The notes: generated by a model not told the origin, from the letters alone. Counted from the stretch's first letter, positions 37,197 through 47,376 are shown. The stretch is 64,000 nt of DNA from Melioribacter sp. (GCA_003155655.1 PMDS01000025.1:354-64353), one strand, 5' to 3'. Numbers and translations are program-made.

Positions 37197-40100
37197 ATGT
37201 CGAAACATAAAGACCCACTTGAATATTTTAGATTAAAGCCGATAAAAGCCGCAAAGGTTTCGGAGGTAAGTGAAACAACCGCTTCTTCAGGAGTGCCTGC
37301 TGAAGAAAGAGTAAATTTTCACATCGGTAACCCTGTGCAGGATAAACAGCTTTCTTCGGCTTATTTGCGGTTGATATTGGGCGTGGGAATCGAAAATCAA
37401 TTTTTAACTGATGATAATCTTGATGACGTTGTTAAATATCTGGATAGAGGTGTGGATGAAAAAGTTAAAGTTGAATTCTTATCAGCTCTCATAAAGAAAA
37501 GCGCGCCATATATGCCGCGGGGCGGGTATACTAAAAGCAATCCAAATTTTTTGATAAAATCATTTAATGAATGGCTTGTAAAAGATCAACAGGAACCGCT
37601 CTCCTATGATCTGGGCGAGGTCTCCGGCAAGCGGGAAATTATTTTAGCTTCAGGTGGCGTTGATGAAGCACTGAGAATTCTGTTTCTTGCTTTGCCTAAT
37701 TATTTTTTAAACCAAAACATAAAATTTCTTTTATACGAAAAAAATCTTCCCAAACATCTTTTGTCAATACCGTCTATTCAATTTGAAAGTATTGCACAGG
37801 ATGAGACAAAGCTTGTTAAAAATGTTAGAGAACAATTGATTAATTCCCAGGGAGTTCCAACATTTTTAATTCTAGGGAAAAATACAAGTGAAGGAACAAG
37901 AAGGAGCCTTCGTCATCTTAGTCTTGAACTCCCTCTCTTTTTTATAGAGGTCAATGATGCTCCTAATCATTTATCTCTTTCCCGTGAAGCAAAAATGATG
38001 AACAGGGTTCTGCGTTTTTTAACACCGCAAATTTTTTCTTCCAAATTTGCAAATCTCTCAACTGTTTTTATAGTCGGCAATTCCGAATTTATAAAGGTAA
38101 TAGAGACAATTCATTTCCAATTAAAAGGCACCCCTTCAGCCTCAGAAGTGGAATTTCTTTCGTTTCTAATAAAAGAAAATCTTGTAATTGAAACCGGTAA
38201 CGATAGAAAAATAGAAATTGAGCCATCATACGAAAGCAGCCTGTTGAAAATTGCCGGCGAAAAAACTACCGGGCCCCATGCAAAGTATATTGAAAATAAA
38301 TTATCTAATGCTGTTGAGCGGGCATCAAATATTTTAGAAGGCACTATTGGAAAAATTTCGATTAAAGAAAATGCAGTTGTAAACCGGTCAAAGAAATTAT
38401 TGTCATTTTTTTCGTTTGATAAATTTTCAGAAAAAGATGCTTTAGTGTTGCTTGATGAATTTATTGAAAATGTCGATTCATTAGCTTGGTTTGAAGAACT
38501 TATTGACAGCTTTCTTCATTCTTTTGTTAAGCACCATCCCGAATACAATATTAAGAATTGTGTAATAGCCAGCGGGTCATCCCGCACAGGTCTTGGACTG
38601 CTTGGTTTCCACTGCGGCATAAAGGAAGTTATAATTCCGGATTTAAGCTGGACTTACGAGCATTGTTTTCCCAAAGTTACTGTTGTTGCTCTCAAAGAGA
38701 ATTTCGAAATAGATGTTGATGCTTTGATTAATGCAGTTGAACATGCTCTATCGGCGGATCCTCACTGGAATAATTATGGCGCAGTTGTTTTGAACAATCC
38801 TCATAATGCAACGGGACAGCAGTTTGACAGCAGTGAGTTGAAACGTCTTCTTAAATGGGCGCTTGAGAAAAATATTTTTGTTATAGATGATCTCTCATAT
38901 CAAAACGTTGAACCGGTTGATGCTTTAAATCAAATAAAAACAATCAGGCAGCTGGCAGACGAACTTTATTCGGCAGGCTACATAACAAGAGAGCAGTCAA
39001 ATTTAGTTATTACTGTTCATTCGGTTTCAAAAACAGATTCACTTGCAGGCGCACGCCTTTCCGTTATGGAAATCCGCCATGAGGAATTGTTTAAAAAAGT
39101 TTCTGAAATTAATTCGACAATTAAACCGAACATAACGGCAATATTTTTAACATACTTGTTTTATAGATGCCACGCAGAAAATGTAAATGCATATTGGCGT
39201 TTACGCAATGTGATATTCAAAGAAAGAATGGCTTCACTTAGTGAAGCTGTCGACATTTTACCTAAAGAACGGAACAGGTTCAGCATAGAAATTAAACCGC
39301 CCAAAGGCAGTATGTATCCTCAAATGATTATTAAAAAGCTGCCGTCAGGATTATCTCTGGATTGGCTTGCAACCGGTCTGGCAAGACAAGGAATTGGGCT
39401 TATTCCGCTTTCAACATTTGCACGAACTGAAAAAGGATTTGAGGCAGGAAGGAAAACATTTCGTTTAACGCTTGGCGGGACTGATAATTCTGAAATACTT
39501 CTCAAAAAAACGAGACGTGTTCTAATTGATTTAAACAGGATGATTGCCGAAGAGGCTGCAAATTATAATTGCAAGCAATTTAAAGTAATTCCACGAATTA
39601 CAAAAAAATTATTTATTCATAATGAACAAATAGATAAATGGAATCTGGTTGAAAATAAAATAATTGAATTGTGCAAGGAGAATGCTGCCGGGACTATTAA
39701 GCAGCACAATGATGAATTTTCAGACGAAACATACTATAAAAGATTTGCGAATGAATTTATTCCAGAAAGGCTATATCTTTTTAAAAGACGTTTTGATGAA
39801 AGATTGAACATTGCAAACGAGCTTATGGAATCTGCACTGGCTGATAAGGGAAAAAATCTTGCAGCAGTTCTTGAACGTGAATTTTATAAGGACAACCTTG
39901 AAAAGAGAGAACGGGCATTCAAGCTAAGATTATACGACAGAACTGTGCATCCAACTCAGATGTATTCTTTAAAAGTTGACCTGCTCTTCCAGGAAATTAT
40001 TGAATTAATAATTAGGAATAAGAATATTCCGCTTGTCCTTATTCAAAAATTGGCGGCAGAATTAGCCAAAGAATTCTTTGGACTGAATGTCTCAATTATT

Positions 40101-42809
40101 TCCGCTGAAGAACCTTACGAATTGATTCTTGATCTAAATACAATTATTGCCGCAGAAAATTTCACAAACTTACATTCGGACCTATCATTCCAAACATTTA
40201 TATCTTTTTGGGGTGACTGGGATGGAAGCACCCGTCCATCAGGACAGGGGCACAGTTTAGTTGCTGCAGTGTTAAAAGAAAATGTTGCACGCCAATCAAG
40301 ATTGATTCAACTGCTGGTAAAGAGCGATAAATCAGTTAAGATTGATCAGAATCTTCTTTCGGAGATAGAAAAACTGCCTGAAAAGAATAAGCGGTTTTCA
40401 AATTTGCTAAATGATATAACGTCGCTTACTCATCAGTTGGAAAAGAGATACCGCGGAATTCTGCCTTTCAATTTAAAACCGGGGCGGGTAAGGGAATTAG
40501 GAATGCGCCTGCACATTGCGCAGGACCCTTTAACTTCCCTGTGGCATCATAATGACCGGCTTGAAAGAAAAATGCTTGAACTTCGCCTGCAAAGAAGAAA
40601 CACGCTTGAATATTATTTCTCATTAAACAAACAGATGAGAAAAGTTCTTCATTCATTAATACCTTCAATAATAAAAAACATTAACAATGAAGAATTATTT
40701 CTTGAAGCATGTTTGTTTAAAGATTTACTTAAACGTTTTGTTGTTACTCCGCGCATTCATCAAAAATTGATTACAACACAGGATCAATTTGCAATAGACA
40801 CAACTGTATATAACATTAACGAGATTAACGAAATTTCCGGAAAATACGGTAACCCCGGTATGGTGCTGGCATTGCAGGTTAGCATGTCTACTAAAGCTGA
40901 TGCATTGATTTCAATTGATAGAAAAATGCGTGCAAGACGCGAACAAATTTTGCGTGATGATAATGAAACTGAACTCCCGTCCCCATCAATAATTCCTTTG
41001 TTTGAAGATACTGATTCAGTGAAGAACCTAACCAATTACTTAAATAAAATTTGGGAATATGCTCTTCAAAGCAGACGCATGAACCAGGAAACAAGTGAAA
41101 GATTTTCCGAGATTATTGCAGAAGTTTTTGTTGCCGGTTCCGATTTAAGCCAGCAGGTTGGGCAGGCAGCGGGAATGAATTTATATAAAGCAGCAAAACA
41201 CCAGTTGACTTCGTGGCTTGCTGAAAAGGGTTTGATTGGTAAAGTTAGAATGAAAATGGGCAGCGGTGAACCAATGCAGCGCCAGGGAGGTTATTATTCA
41301 AACGTTGTCGGCAAATCTGCTTTTATAAAATCTGCAGATTCCTTGAAGAGGTTTTCTCAATATCTTAAAGCTTCAACTAGAAAAAGTACAGAGTATGCAG
41401 CAACACCGTTGATTGGAGTTTTTGCAGGAGGGGATTTACGCACTTTTCAAAGCAACATCTCTGAAAAATTGAGATATATTTCTGTAAATGAATTATCGCA
41501 GCTTCTTTACCATGTAAAAGAGTCCCAAAAATTTTACGAAACAGAAATAAAACGCGCAGGTGAACCGCTTGTTGAAACCAGGCTGCAATTTAAAACCCGG
41601 GGCTTAAAAGAATTAGAACGTCTTACCATCGGCAGAAAAGACGAACTGTTTGATGATTTCTTGTCCATTCTTACGGAAAATTTCCGTCAAATTTTATATG
41701 GCCGCGAAGAAGATGTTGTGGGAATACATGTTATTTCTTATTTCATTGCTAGAACAACCCCAAACCTGCGTGATAGACCCACCGTACGACCAGTACAAGG
41801 CGCTTCAGGCAGCGAAGGACAAAAAATTCTGGAAAGGATTGCACAGACAATACCGTTCTCCCGTTATGGAAGTCTACTGAGGGCAATTGCCCATAATCAA
41901 TCGCAAACTGTTGTATTGGGAATTAACCAGTTGACTTCTGGATTATTCCGTGCACTTGATAGTTTTTCGCAAAAGCATTTTAGCGAAGGAGAAACAAGCT
42001 CTTTAATTGAAGATAGAATTCTTCCCAATCTGCCCGTTTATGAAATTCTGCATACATTGCGCACCTATCATGATGTGGATTTGATTTATTTAAATAAACT
42101 GGAAAAAGCATTCCCGGCGGGTAACTCTGCATTCATTGCATTAAGAGAAGATATCGATTCTTTAAACAAGTATTTAATTTTATTTCAGCGTGAACTTTTA
42201 AGGCGCCATGGGCTTAATGTAACAGACTTTTTTGACGAAGATCAGTTTATTGCAGATCTTTTACCAACTCTGCGCCCTGATCTGGCAGTAATCTTACAGC
42301 AGGATTTTTTCAATACCAATCCCGAAAAAGTACTTTCATCTATCAGCGGGCACGTAGACTCCAAATGGATGGAAGAAACAAGGAAAATTCTTGTTATACC
42401 GGACCAGGTAAAATATTTTCGTTCAAAAATCTGGGATCTGCTGGAGCAGCCGGTATACCAGCGTGTTGCAAGCTTTAGCGAACTTGCAATTGCCCTGCAT
42501 TCTCTCTCATCAAATGTGCAGACTAAAGAACTTCCATTTGCACCAAAAAAAATAAAGCCGTCTGCTGATATATCAAATTTCTTCAAGATGTCCGGCGATG
42601 ATAATATGCGCCAGTTCCTTGCTGCAGCATTTGAATATCTATCTACTGTTTCCGAAGGAATGGTTGAAGTACCCATAAATATAATTCGTGCAATGAAAGA
42701 AGTTGAACGTATTATAAAAATAGAAGAACTTGCTCTTTCCCACAAACAGCAGGATCTTTTGCGGTTTTATTTATTGCAGATAGCACGCCTAACCGGCGAG
42801 AACGGGTAA
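37197..42809 (+). CDS. Giant multidomain protein (1870 aa): PLP-dependent fold-type I aminotransferase-like domain fused to a full-length, motif-degenerate phosphoenolpyruvate carboxylase (PEPC)-like domain
   Basis: Aminotransferase motifs: NPHNATGQQF...FVIDDLSY and VHSVSKTDSLAGARLS (PLP lysine). PEPC-like motifs: TVHPTQ (compare TAHPTE), SFWGDWDGSTRP (compare SWMGGDRDGNP), LQVSMSTKADAL...IPLFEDTDSVKNL (compare ISMAKTPSDVLAV...APLFETLDDLNNA) and VFVAGSDLSQ...KMGSGEPMQRQGG (compare VMIGYSDSAKDAG...FHGRGGSIGRGG). The C-terminus TGENG compares with the PEPC C-terminal NTG. Confidence 0.85.
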   Translation: MSKHKDPLEYFRLKPIKAAKVSEVSETTASSGVPAEERVNFHIGNPVQDKQLSSAYLRLILGVGIENQFLTDDNLDDVVKYLDRGVDEKVKVEFLSALIKKSAPYMPRGGYTKSNPNFLIKSFNEWLVKDQQEPLSYDLGEVSGKREIILASGGVDEALRILFLALPNYFLNQNIKFLLYEKNLPKHLLSIPSIQFESIAQDETKLVKNVREQLINSQGVPTFLILGKNTSEGTRRSLRHLSLELPLFFIEVNDAPNHLSLSREAKMMNRVLRFLTPQIFSSKFANLSTVFIVGNSEFIKVIETIHFQLKGTPSASEVEFLSFLIKENLVIETGNDRKIEIEPSYESSLLKIAGEKTTGPHAKYIENKLSNAVERASNILEGTIGKISIKENAVVNRSKKLLSFFSFDKFSEKDALVLLDEFIENVDSLAWFEELIDSFLHSFVKHHPEYNIKNCVIASGSSRTGLGLLGFHCGIKEVIIPDLSWTYEHCFPKVTVVALKENFEIDVDALINAVEHALSADPHWNNYGAVVLNNPHNATGQQFDSSELKRLLKWALEKNIFVIDDLSYQNVEPVDALNQIKTIRQLADELYSAGYITREQSNLVITVHSVSKTDSLAGARLSVMEIRHEELFKKVSEINSTIKPNITAIFLTYLFYRCHAENVNAYWRLRNVIFKERMASLSEAVDILPKERNRFSIEIKPPKGSMYPQMIIKKLPSGLSLDWLATGLARQGIGLIPLSTFARTEKGFEAGRKTFRLTLGGTDNSEILLKKTRRVLIDLNRMIAEEAANYNCKQFKVIPRITKKLFIHNEQIDKWNLVENKIIELCKENAAGTIKQHNDEFSDETYYKRFANEFIPERLYLFKRRFDERLNIANELMESALADKGKNLAAVLEREFYKDNLEKRERAFKLRLYDRTVHPTQMYSLKVDLLFQEIIELIIRNKNIPLVLIQKLAAELAKEFFGLNVSIISAEEPYELILDLNTIIAAENFTNLHSDLSFQTFISFWGDWDGSTRPSGQGHSLVAAVLKENVARQSRLIQLLVKSDKSVKIDQNLLSEIEKLPEKNKRFSNLLNDITSLTHQLEKRYRGILPFNLKPGRVRELGMRLHIAQDPLTSLWHHNDRLERKMLELRLQRRNTLEYYFSLNKQMRKVLHSLIPSIIKNINNEELFLEACLFKDLLKRFVVTPRIHQKLITTQDQFAIDTTVYNINEINEISGKYGNPGMVLALQVSMSTKADALISIDRKMRARREQILRDDNETELPSPSIIPLFEDTDSVKNLTNYLNKIWEYALQSRRMNQETSERFSEIIAEVFVAGSDLSQQVGQAAGMNLYKAAKHQLTSWLAEKGLIGKVRMKMGSGEPMQRQGGYYSNVVGKSAFIKSADSLKRFSQYLKASTRKSTEYAATPLIGVFAGGDLRTFQSNISEKLRYISVNELSQLLYHVKESQKFYETEIKRAGEPLVETRLQFKTRGLKELERLTIGRKDELFDDFLSILTENFRQILYGREEDVVGIHVISYFIARTTPNLRDRPTVRPVQGASGSEGQKILERIAQTIPFSRYGSLLRAIAHNQSQTVVLGINQLTSGLFRALDSFSQKHFSEGETSSLIEDRILPNLPVYEILHTLRTYHDVDLIYLNKLEKAFPAGNSAFIALREDIDSLNKYLILFQRELLRRHGLNVTDFFDEDQFIADLLPTLRPDLAVILQQDFFNTNPEKVLSSISGHVDSKWMEETRKILVIPDQVKYFRSKIWDLLEQPVYQRVASFSELAIALHSLSSNVQTKELPFAPKKIKPSADISNFFKMSGDDNMRQFLAAAFEYLSTVSEGMVEVPINIIRAMKEVERIIKIEELALSHKQQDLLRFYLLQIARLTGENG

Positions 42810-42826
42810 TTCCTGCCCGTTTTTTA
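42801..42826 (+). terminator. Intrinsic terminator overlapping the stop of the giant ORF
   Basis: Hairpin AACGGG-taattcctg-CCCGTT followed by TTTTAAG. Confidence 0.5.
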
Positions 42827-42883
42827 AGAATGCAACTTCCACACAATTCTTTTATATTACTTGCACACAAAAAGTATTTTTCA

Positions 42884-43105
42884 ATGAATGAATTGCAGCC
42901 GTTTGGTAAATATTTAATTATTGCCGGAATCTTAATTGTGGCGGTTGGAATACTATTATCGTTTTGGGATAAAATTCCTCTTCTTGGAAAACTTCCCGGC
43001 GACATTATCATTAAAGGAAAGAATTTTACTTTCTACTTTCCAATTGTCACATCAATAATTTTGAGTCTTCTTTTTTCCTTAATTCTTTACCTGTTCAGAA
43101 AATAA
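42884..43105 (+). CDS. DUF2905-like small membrane protein
   Basis: About 73 aa from MNELQPFGKYLIIAG. It has two TM helices and a GKLPGD motif typical of DUF2905. Confidence 0.55.
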   Translation: MNELQPFGKYLIIAGILIVAVGILLSFWDKIPLLGKLPGDIIIKGKNFTFYFPIVTSIILSLLFSLILYLFRK

Positions 43106-43155
43106 ATTGTCAGTTAACCTTCATAAATAAAGCTATTGAATATTGAGAGGTAATC

Positions 43156-44457
43156 ATGATTGAAAAATATTTTCATCTGAAAAAACTTGGTACAACTGTT
43201 AAGCAGGAGATAATTGCAGGCGCTACAACGTTTGTTACAATGGCTTATATTATTATAGTAAACCCCAAAATTCTTGAAGCCGCCGGAATGCCGTTCGGGG
43301 CTTCAATGGTTGCTACAATTATCAGTGCATTCTTTGGTACGTTATTAATGGGAGTTTATGCAAAACGTCCGTTTGCAATTGCACCCTACATGGGAGAAAA
43401 TGCGTTTGTCGCTTATACTGTTGTAAATGTTCTTCATTACAGCTGGCAGACGGCTCTTGGCGCAATTTTTATTGGCGGGGTTTTATTTACGCTGCTCACA
43501 ATTCTAAACATTAGAAGCTGGCTGGCTAATGCAATTCCCGAAAGTTTGAAAATTGCGTTTGCCGCAGGGATAGGACTCTTCTTAACTTTTATTGGATTAA
43601 ACGATACTGGCATTGTAAGAATTGGAGTTCCGGGCGCGCCTGTTCATGTAGGAAATTTCCACGAACCGTCAGTATTGCTTGGAATATTTGCCTTTTTATT
43701 CATTGGCGTTTTGATGATAAAAAAGATCAATGGGTCAATTTTAATTGGAATTCTTGTTACAACTCTTTTGGGTTTTATATTCGGAGTCACTCGAGTCCCG
43801 GGTGTATTTGTAAGTTTGCCTCCAGATATCAGTCCTGTATTTTTACAGCTTGATATTTTAGGAGCATTAAGCTGGGGCTTCTTTGCAGTTATACTTGTTG
43901 TTTTTGTAATGGATTTTGTAGATACAATGGGCACACTGCTTGGGTTGGGTTATAAAGCAAAAATGCTGGATGAAAAGGGCAATCTGCCCGAAATTGAAAA
44001 ACCAATGTTGGTTGATGCACTGGCAACAGTCGTAGGAGCTCTTTGCGGAACAACTACAAGCGGGGCCTATATTGAATCCGCAACAGGTATTGAAGCAGGT
44101 GGTAAATCAGGTTTTACTGCCGTAGTCACTGCAATATTATTTCTCTGTGCTCTTTTCTTCGCGCCTTTGCTTTCTACTATTCCGCCTTATGCATACGGAT
44201 CGGCATTAATAATAGTTGGTCTGTTGATGATATCATCAATGTCGCATTTAAAATTTGATGATCTGGCAGAAACTATCCCGGCATTTGTTACAATGACTCT
44301 TATGAGCTTTACCTTTAATCTCGGTATTGGTATGACTGCTGGATTTGTTGTATATCCTCTAACAATGCTTGTTGCAGGAAGAATCAAAATCGTTACACCT
44401 GGGATGTGGATTCTTTTCTGTTTCTCTGTTTTGTTTTACATTTTTTATCCGTATTAA
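43156..44457 (+). CDS. NCS2-family purine permease (AzgA/PbuG-like adenine/guanine/hypoxanthine transporter)
   Basis: 433 aa. The N-terminus FHLKKLGTTVKQEIIAGATTFVTMAYIIIVNP is highly characteristic of AzgA-family permeases. Confidence 0.85.
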   Translation: MIEKYFHLKKLGTTVKQEIIAGATTFVTMAYIIIVNPKILEAAGMPFGASMVATIISAFFGTLLMGVYAKRPFAIAPYMGENAFVAYTVVNVLHYSWQTALGAIFIGGVLFTLLTILNIRSWLANAIPESLKIAFAAGIGLFLTFIGLNDTGIVRIGVPGAPVHVGNFHEPSVLLGIFAFLFIGVLMIKKINGSILIGILVTTLLGFIFGVTRVPGVFVSLPPDISPVFLQLDILGALSWGFFAVILVVFVMDFVDTMGTLLGLGYKAKMLDEKGNLPEIEKPMLVDALATVVGALCGTTTSGAYIESATGIEAGGKSGFTAVVTAILFLCALFFAPLLSTIPPYAYGSALIIVGLLMISSMSHLKFDDLAETIPAFVTMTLMSFTFNLGIGMTAGFVVYPLTMLVAGRIKIVTPGMWILFCFSVLFYIFYPY

Positions 44458-44493
44458 TTTTCACTTAAACAAATTCTGAAAAACGAGGAAATT

Positions 44494-44934
44494 ATGACAG
44501 ATCAATTTATGCGCGCCGCAATTGAAGAAGCCAGAAAAGGACTAAGTGAAGGTGGAATTCCAATCGGCTCCGTTCTAATTATTGATGGCAAGATAGTAGG
44601 ACGAGGTCATAACCGGCGTGTTCAAAGTGGAAGCGCTATCCTGCATGCAGAAATGGATTGTTTTGAAAATGCCGGAAGATTGACCGCAAGGGATTATCAA
44701 AGAGCAGTTCTGTATTCAACGCTTTCTCCATGCGATATGTGCAGCGGAACAGTCCTGCTTTATAAAATTCCTAAAATTGTTATAGGGGAGAACAGAACCT
44801 TCCGCGGACCTGAAGATTATGTTAAGTCACGCGGTGTTGAACTGGAAATATTAAACGATTCCGAATGTATAAAGCTGATGGAAGATTTTATTGCAAGCAA
44901 TCCAAAACTTTGGAATGAAGATATCGGGGAGTAA
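44494..44934 (+). CDS. CMP/dCMP-type zinc deaminase (cytosine/guanine deaminase family)
   Basis: 146 aa with the HAE...PCxMC zinc-binding motifs (HAEMDC, PCDMCSG). It is adjacent to the purine permease. Confidence 0.8.
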   Translation: MTDQFMRAAIEEARKGLSEGGIPIGSVLIIDGKIVGRGHNRRVQSGSAILHAEMDCFENAGRLTARDYQRAVLYSTLSPCDMCSGTVLLYKIPKIVIGENRTFRGPEDYVKSRGVELEILNDSECIKLMEDFIASNPKLWNEDIGE

Positions 44935-45028
44935 AAAAGTAGTATCTAGTATTTAGTACTCAGTATTTAGAAAAAATCTTTTTAAAATATTTCACATCTA
45001 ATACCAAAAGGATAAATCTGAGGTTTAA

Positions 45029-45457
45029 GTGGCGGTAAAAAAAGCGGTAATAAAACATATAAAAGGCGTTACATTTATTGGCAAGGCAGATTCAAACCAT
45101 TGGATTACAATGGACGGACCTGAAAATTTTGGAGGAAGCAATGCCGGAATTCGTCCGAAAGAATTGCTGCTTGTGGCGCTTGGCGGCTGTACGGGAAGTG
45201 ATGTTGCGACTATTCTTCAAAAAAAGAAAGTTAAGCTTGATGGCTTTGAAATAAATGTTTCTGCAGAAATGCAGGAAACTCACCCGCAGGTTTACACAAT
45301 AATTGAACTGGAGTATGTATTTTACGGTAAAAACATTCCTAAAGAAGCTGTTGAGCGGGCAATTGAACTTTCTCTAACAACTTACTGCAGCGTTACTGCA
45401 ATGTTAAAAAAAGCAATCGAGATAAAGCATTCATATAAAATTGTTGAAACAGATTAA
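45029..45457 (+). CDS. OsmC/Ohr family peroxiredoxin-like protein
   Basis: 142 aa with the conserved Cys pair (GGCTGSD and TYCSVTA). Confidence 0.8.
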   Translation: MAVKKAVIKHIKGVTFIGKADSNHWITMDGPENFGGSNAGIRPKELLLVALGGCTGSDVATILQKKKVKLDGFEINVSAEMQETHPQVYTIIELEYVFYGKNIPKEAVERAIELSLTTYCSVTAMLKKAIEIKHSYKIVETD

Positions 45458-45473
45458 ACGGAATAATTTGCGG

Positions 45474-45854
45474 TTAAATATTTTCCTGCTGGATTAATTT
45501 ACGCCCGATAAAGCCATCATCCAATCCATGATAATAAATTATATCTTCTTCATCACTTCGCCAGCATAATAAAACTTCTTCCCCGTTAATTATGGATGGA
45601 AAGTCTACAATGCCAATTTCGAAATTCCAATCCTTATAAATACAGCCAATATCTTCAAGTTCTTTAATGAACGAATTGATTTTTGAGGTCAGAAACTCAA
45701 TTTTTTCTTCAGAATCAACGTTGTCAAAATTTAAGTCAGCGATGTTTTTTATCTGGAAAGAGTGGTTCAGAATATCACCAACTATCTGACGCACAAGTGG
45801 AAGAGTCCTTTGCGCCTCTTCCGGTGTAAAATATTTTACCTCTGTCTGTGACAT
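45474..45854 (-). CDS. Hypothetical protein (DUF2203-like)
   Basis: 126 aa. The N-terminal FTPEEAQRTLPLVRQIV pattern is reminiscent of DUF2203. The assignment is weak. Confidence 0.4.
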   Translation of the reverse strand: MSQTEVKYFTPEEAQRTLPLVRQIVGDILNHSFQIKNIADLNFDNVDSEEKIEFLTSKINSFIKELEDIGCIYKDWNFEIGIVDFPSIINGEEVLLCWRSDEEDIIYYHGLDDGFIGRKLIQQENI

Positions 45855-45993
45855 TAATTTCTAAAGTTTTTCTAATTGGTAAATGAAATAATCCATCAAT
45901 TAGTTCCCAAGATTAATTTAAGAATCTTTTATGCACTTGACAACTAGTTTATTATCAATTATTTTAATGTCGTAATATCATACATAATAATAC

Positions 45994-46452
45994 ATGCAGT
46001 CTACAATAAAATATAGTAAACGGATAGATCTTGCTTTGATTACCTGGGTAAAGCTGGCAAGAGCATTTTCATCATTTGAAAAAAAATCAAACGAGAGTAT
46101 TCGTTCGTTTGGGTTAACGCAGGCACAGTTTGCTGTAATTGAGGTGCTGGGGCATTTGGGACCCTTAAAAATTGGTGAAATTTGCAAAAAAATGCTGGTT
46201 ACAGGCGGAAACATGACTTTAGTTTTAGATAATATTGAGAAAATTGGTCTAGTTGAACGGGTACCAAGCAAAGATGATAGACGGGCTATTGACGTTCAGC
46301 TCACCGACAAAGGGAAAAATCTGTTTGATGAAGTATTTGAGAAGCATGCAGAAAACATTGCAAGGTTTATGTCTGTATTAACTCCTGCGGAACAATCAAC
46401 ACTGGGTTCGTTGTTAAAGAAGTTAGGGTTGTCTGTTAGCAAGCAGGAATAA
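45994..46452 (+). CDS. MarR family transcriptional regulator
   Basis: 152 aa with a winged-HTH pattern (LTQAQFAVIEVLGHLGPLKIGEICKKMLVTGGNMTLVLDNIEKIGLVER). Confidence 0.75.
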   Translation: MQSTIKYSKRIDLALITWVKLARAFSSFEKKSNESIRSFGLTQAQFAVIEVLGHLGPLKIGEICKKMLVTGGNMTLVLDNIEKIGLVERVPSKDDRRAIDVQLTDKGKNLFDEVFEKHAENIARFMSVLTPAEQSTLGSLLKKLGLSVSKQE

Positions 46453-46514
46453 AAATTTTTTAAATATATATAACGAATTAGTAATATACAAATTCGTAGA
46501 AAGAGGTCAGAGAA

Positions 46515-47222
46515 ATGATTGAAATAAGAAGAAGTGATGAACGCGGAAGAACTAAAATTGATTGGCTGGACAGCTATCACAGTTTTTCATTTGGCGAGTA
46601 TTATGATCCCAAGAATATTCACTTTGGTCCTTTGCGTGTTCTTAATGATGATCTCATACAGCCAGGAGAAGGGTTTCCTACTCACCCGCACAAGGAAATG
46701 GAAATAGTAACTATTGTAACTGAAGGAACCGTTACTCACAAGGACAGTTCCGGCGGACAGGGAACCATTACTATGAATGAAATTCAGCGTATGACGGCTG
46801 GTAAAGGCGTTTTTCATTCAGAGTATAACGATTCAGATTTTGATGTACTAAAGCTTTTTCAGATATGGTTTATTCCCAATAAGCAAAATCTTGAACCATT
46901 TTACGAACAAATGAAGTTTTTTCATCAGGAAAAGAAAAATAAATTATTAAAGGTTGTAAGCGGAAAAAAAGAAAAGGGAATAATTTTTATAAATCAAGAT
47001 GCGGAAATTTATCTTTCCGATCTTGACGCTAATACCTCAATACAGTATGATATTCCCGAAAAGCGCGGTGTTTATATTCACATTATGGATGGAAGCATTT
47101 CAATTAATGGAATTGCTCTTAAAAAAGGTGACGCTGCAAAAATATATGAAGAAGATAAAATATCTATTCAAGCTGAAAAAGATTCCCAAATAATGCTCTT
47201 TGATTTGCCAATGGATTTTTAA
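46515..47222 (+). CDS. Pirin family (bicupin) protein
   Basis: 235 aa with HPHKEMEIVTIV..G and an N-terminal RRSDERG pattern typical of pirin/YhhW. Confidence 0.85.
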   Translation: MIEIRRSDERGRTKIDWLDSYHSFSFGEYYDPKNIHFGPLRVLNDDLIQPGEGFPTHPHKEMEIVTIVTEGTVTHKDSSGGQGTITMNEIQRMTAGKGVFHSEYNDSDFDVLKLFQIWFIPNKQNLEPFYEQMKFFHQEKKNKLLKVVSGKKEKGIIFINQDAEIYLSDLDANTSIQYDIPEKRGVYIHIMDGSISINGIALKKGDAAKIYEEDKISIQAEKDSQIMLFDLPMDF

Positions 47223-47376
47223 AATTTTATTTATACTTCTTTGAATAAATACAAGTTTGCTCAAGCCAATTTAATTCGATTCAATTCCATCCAAATCACT
47301 CCAATTTCATCCCATTTTACTCTCACTTCTTTAAGTGCTAATTTTCAATATAAAATTTTATAACAATGGAGAGGTT

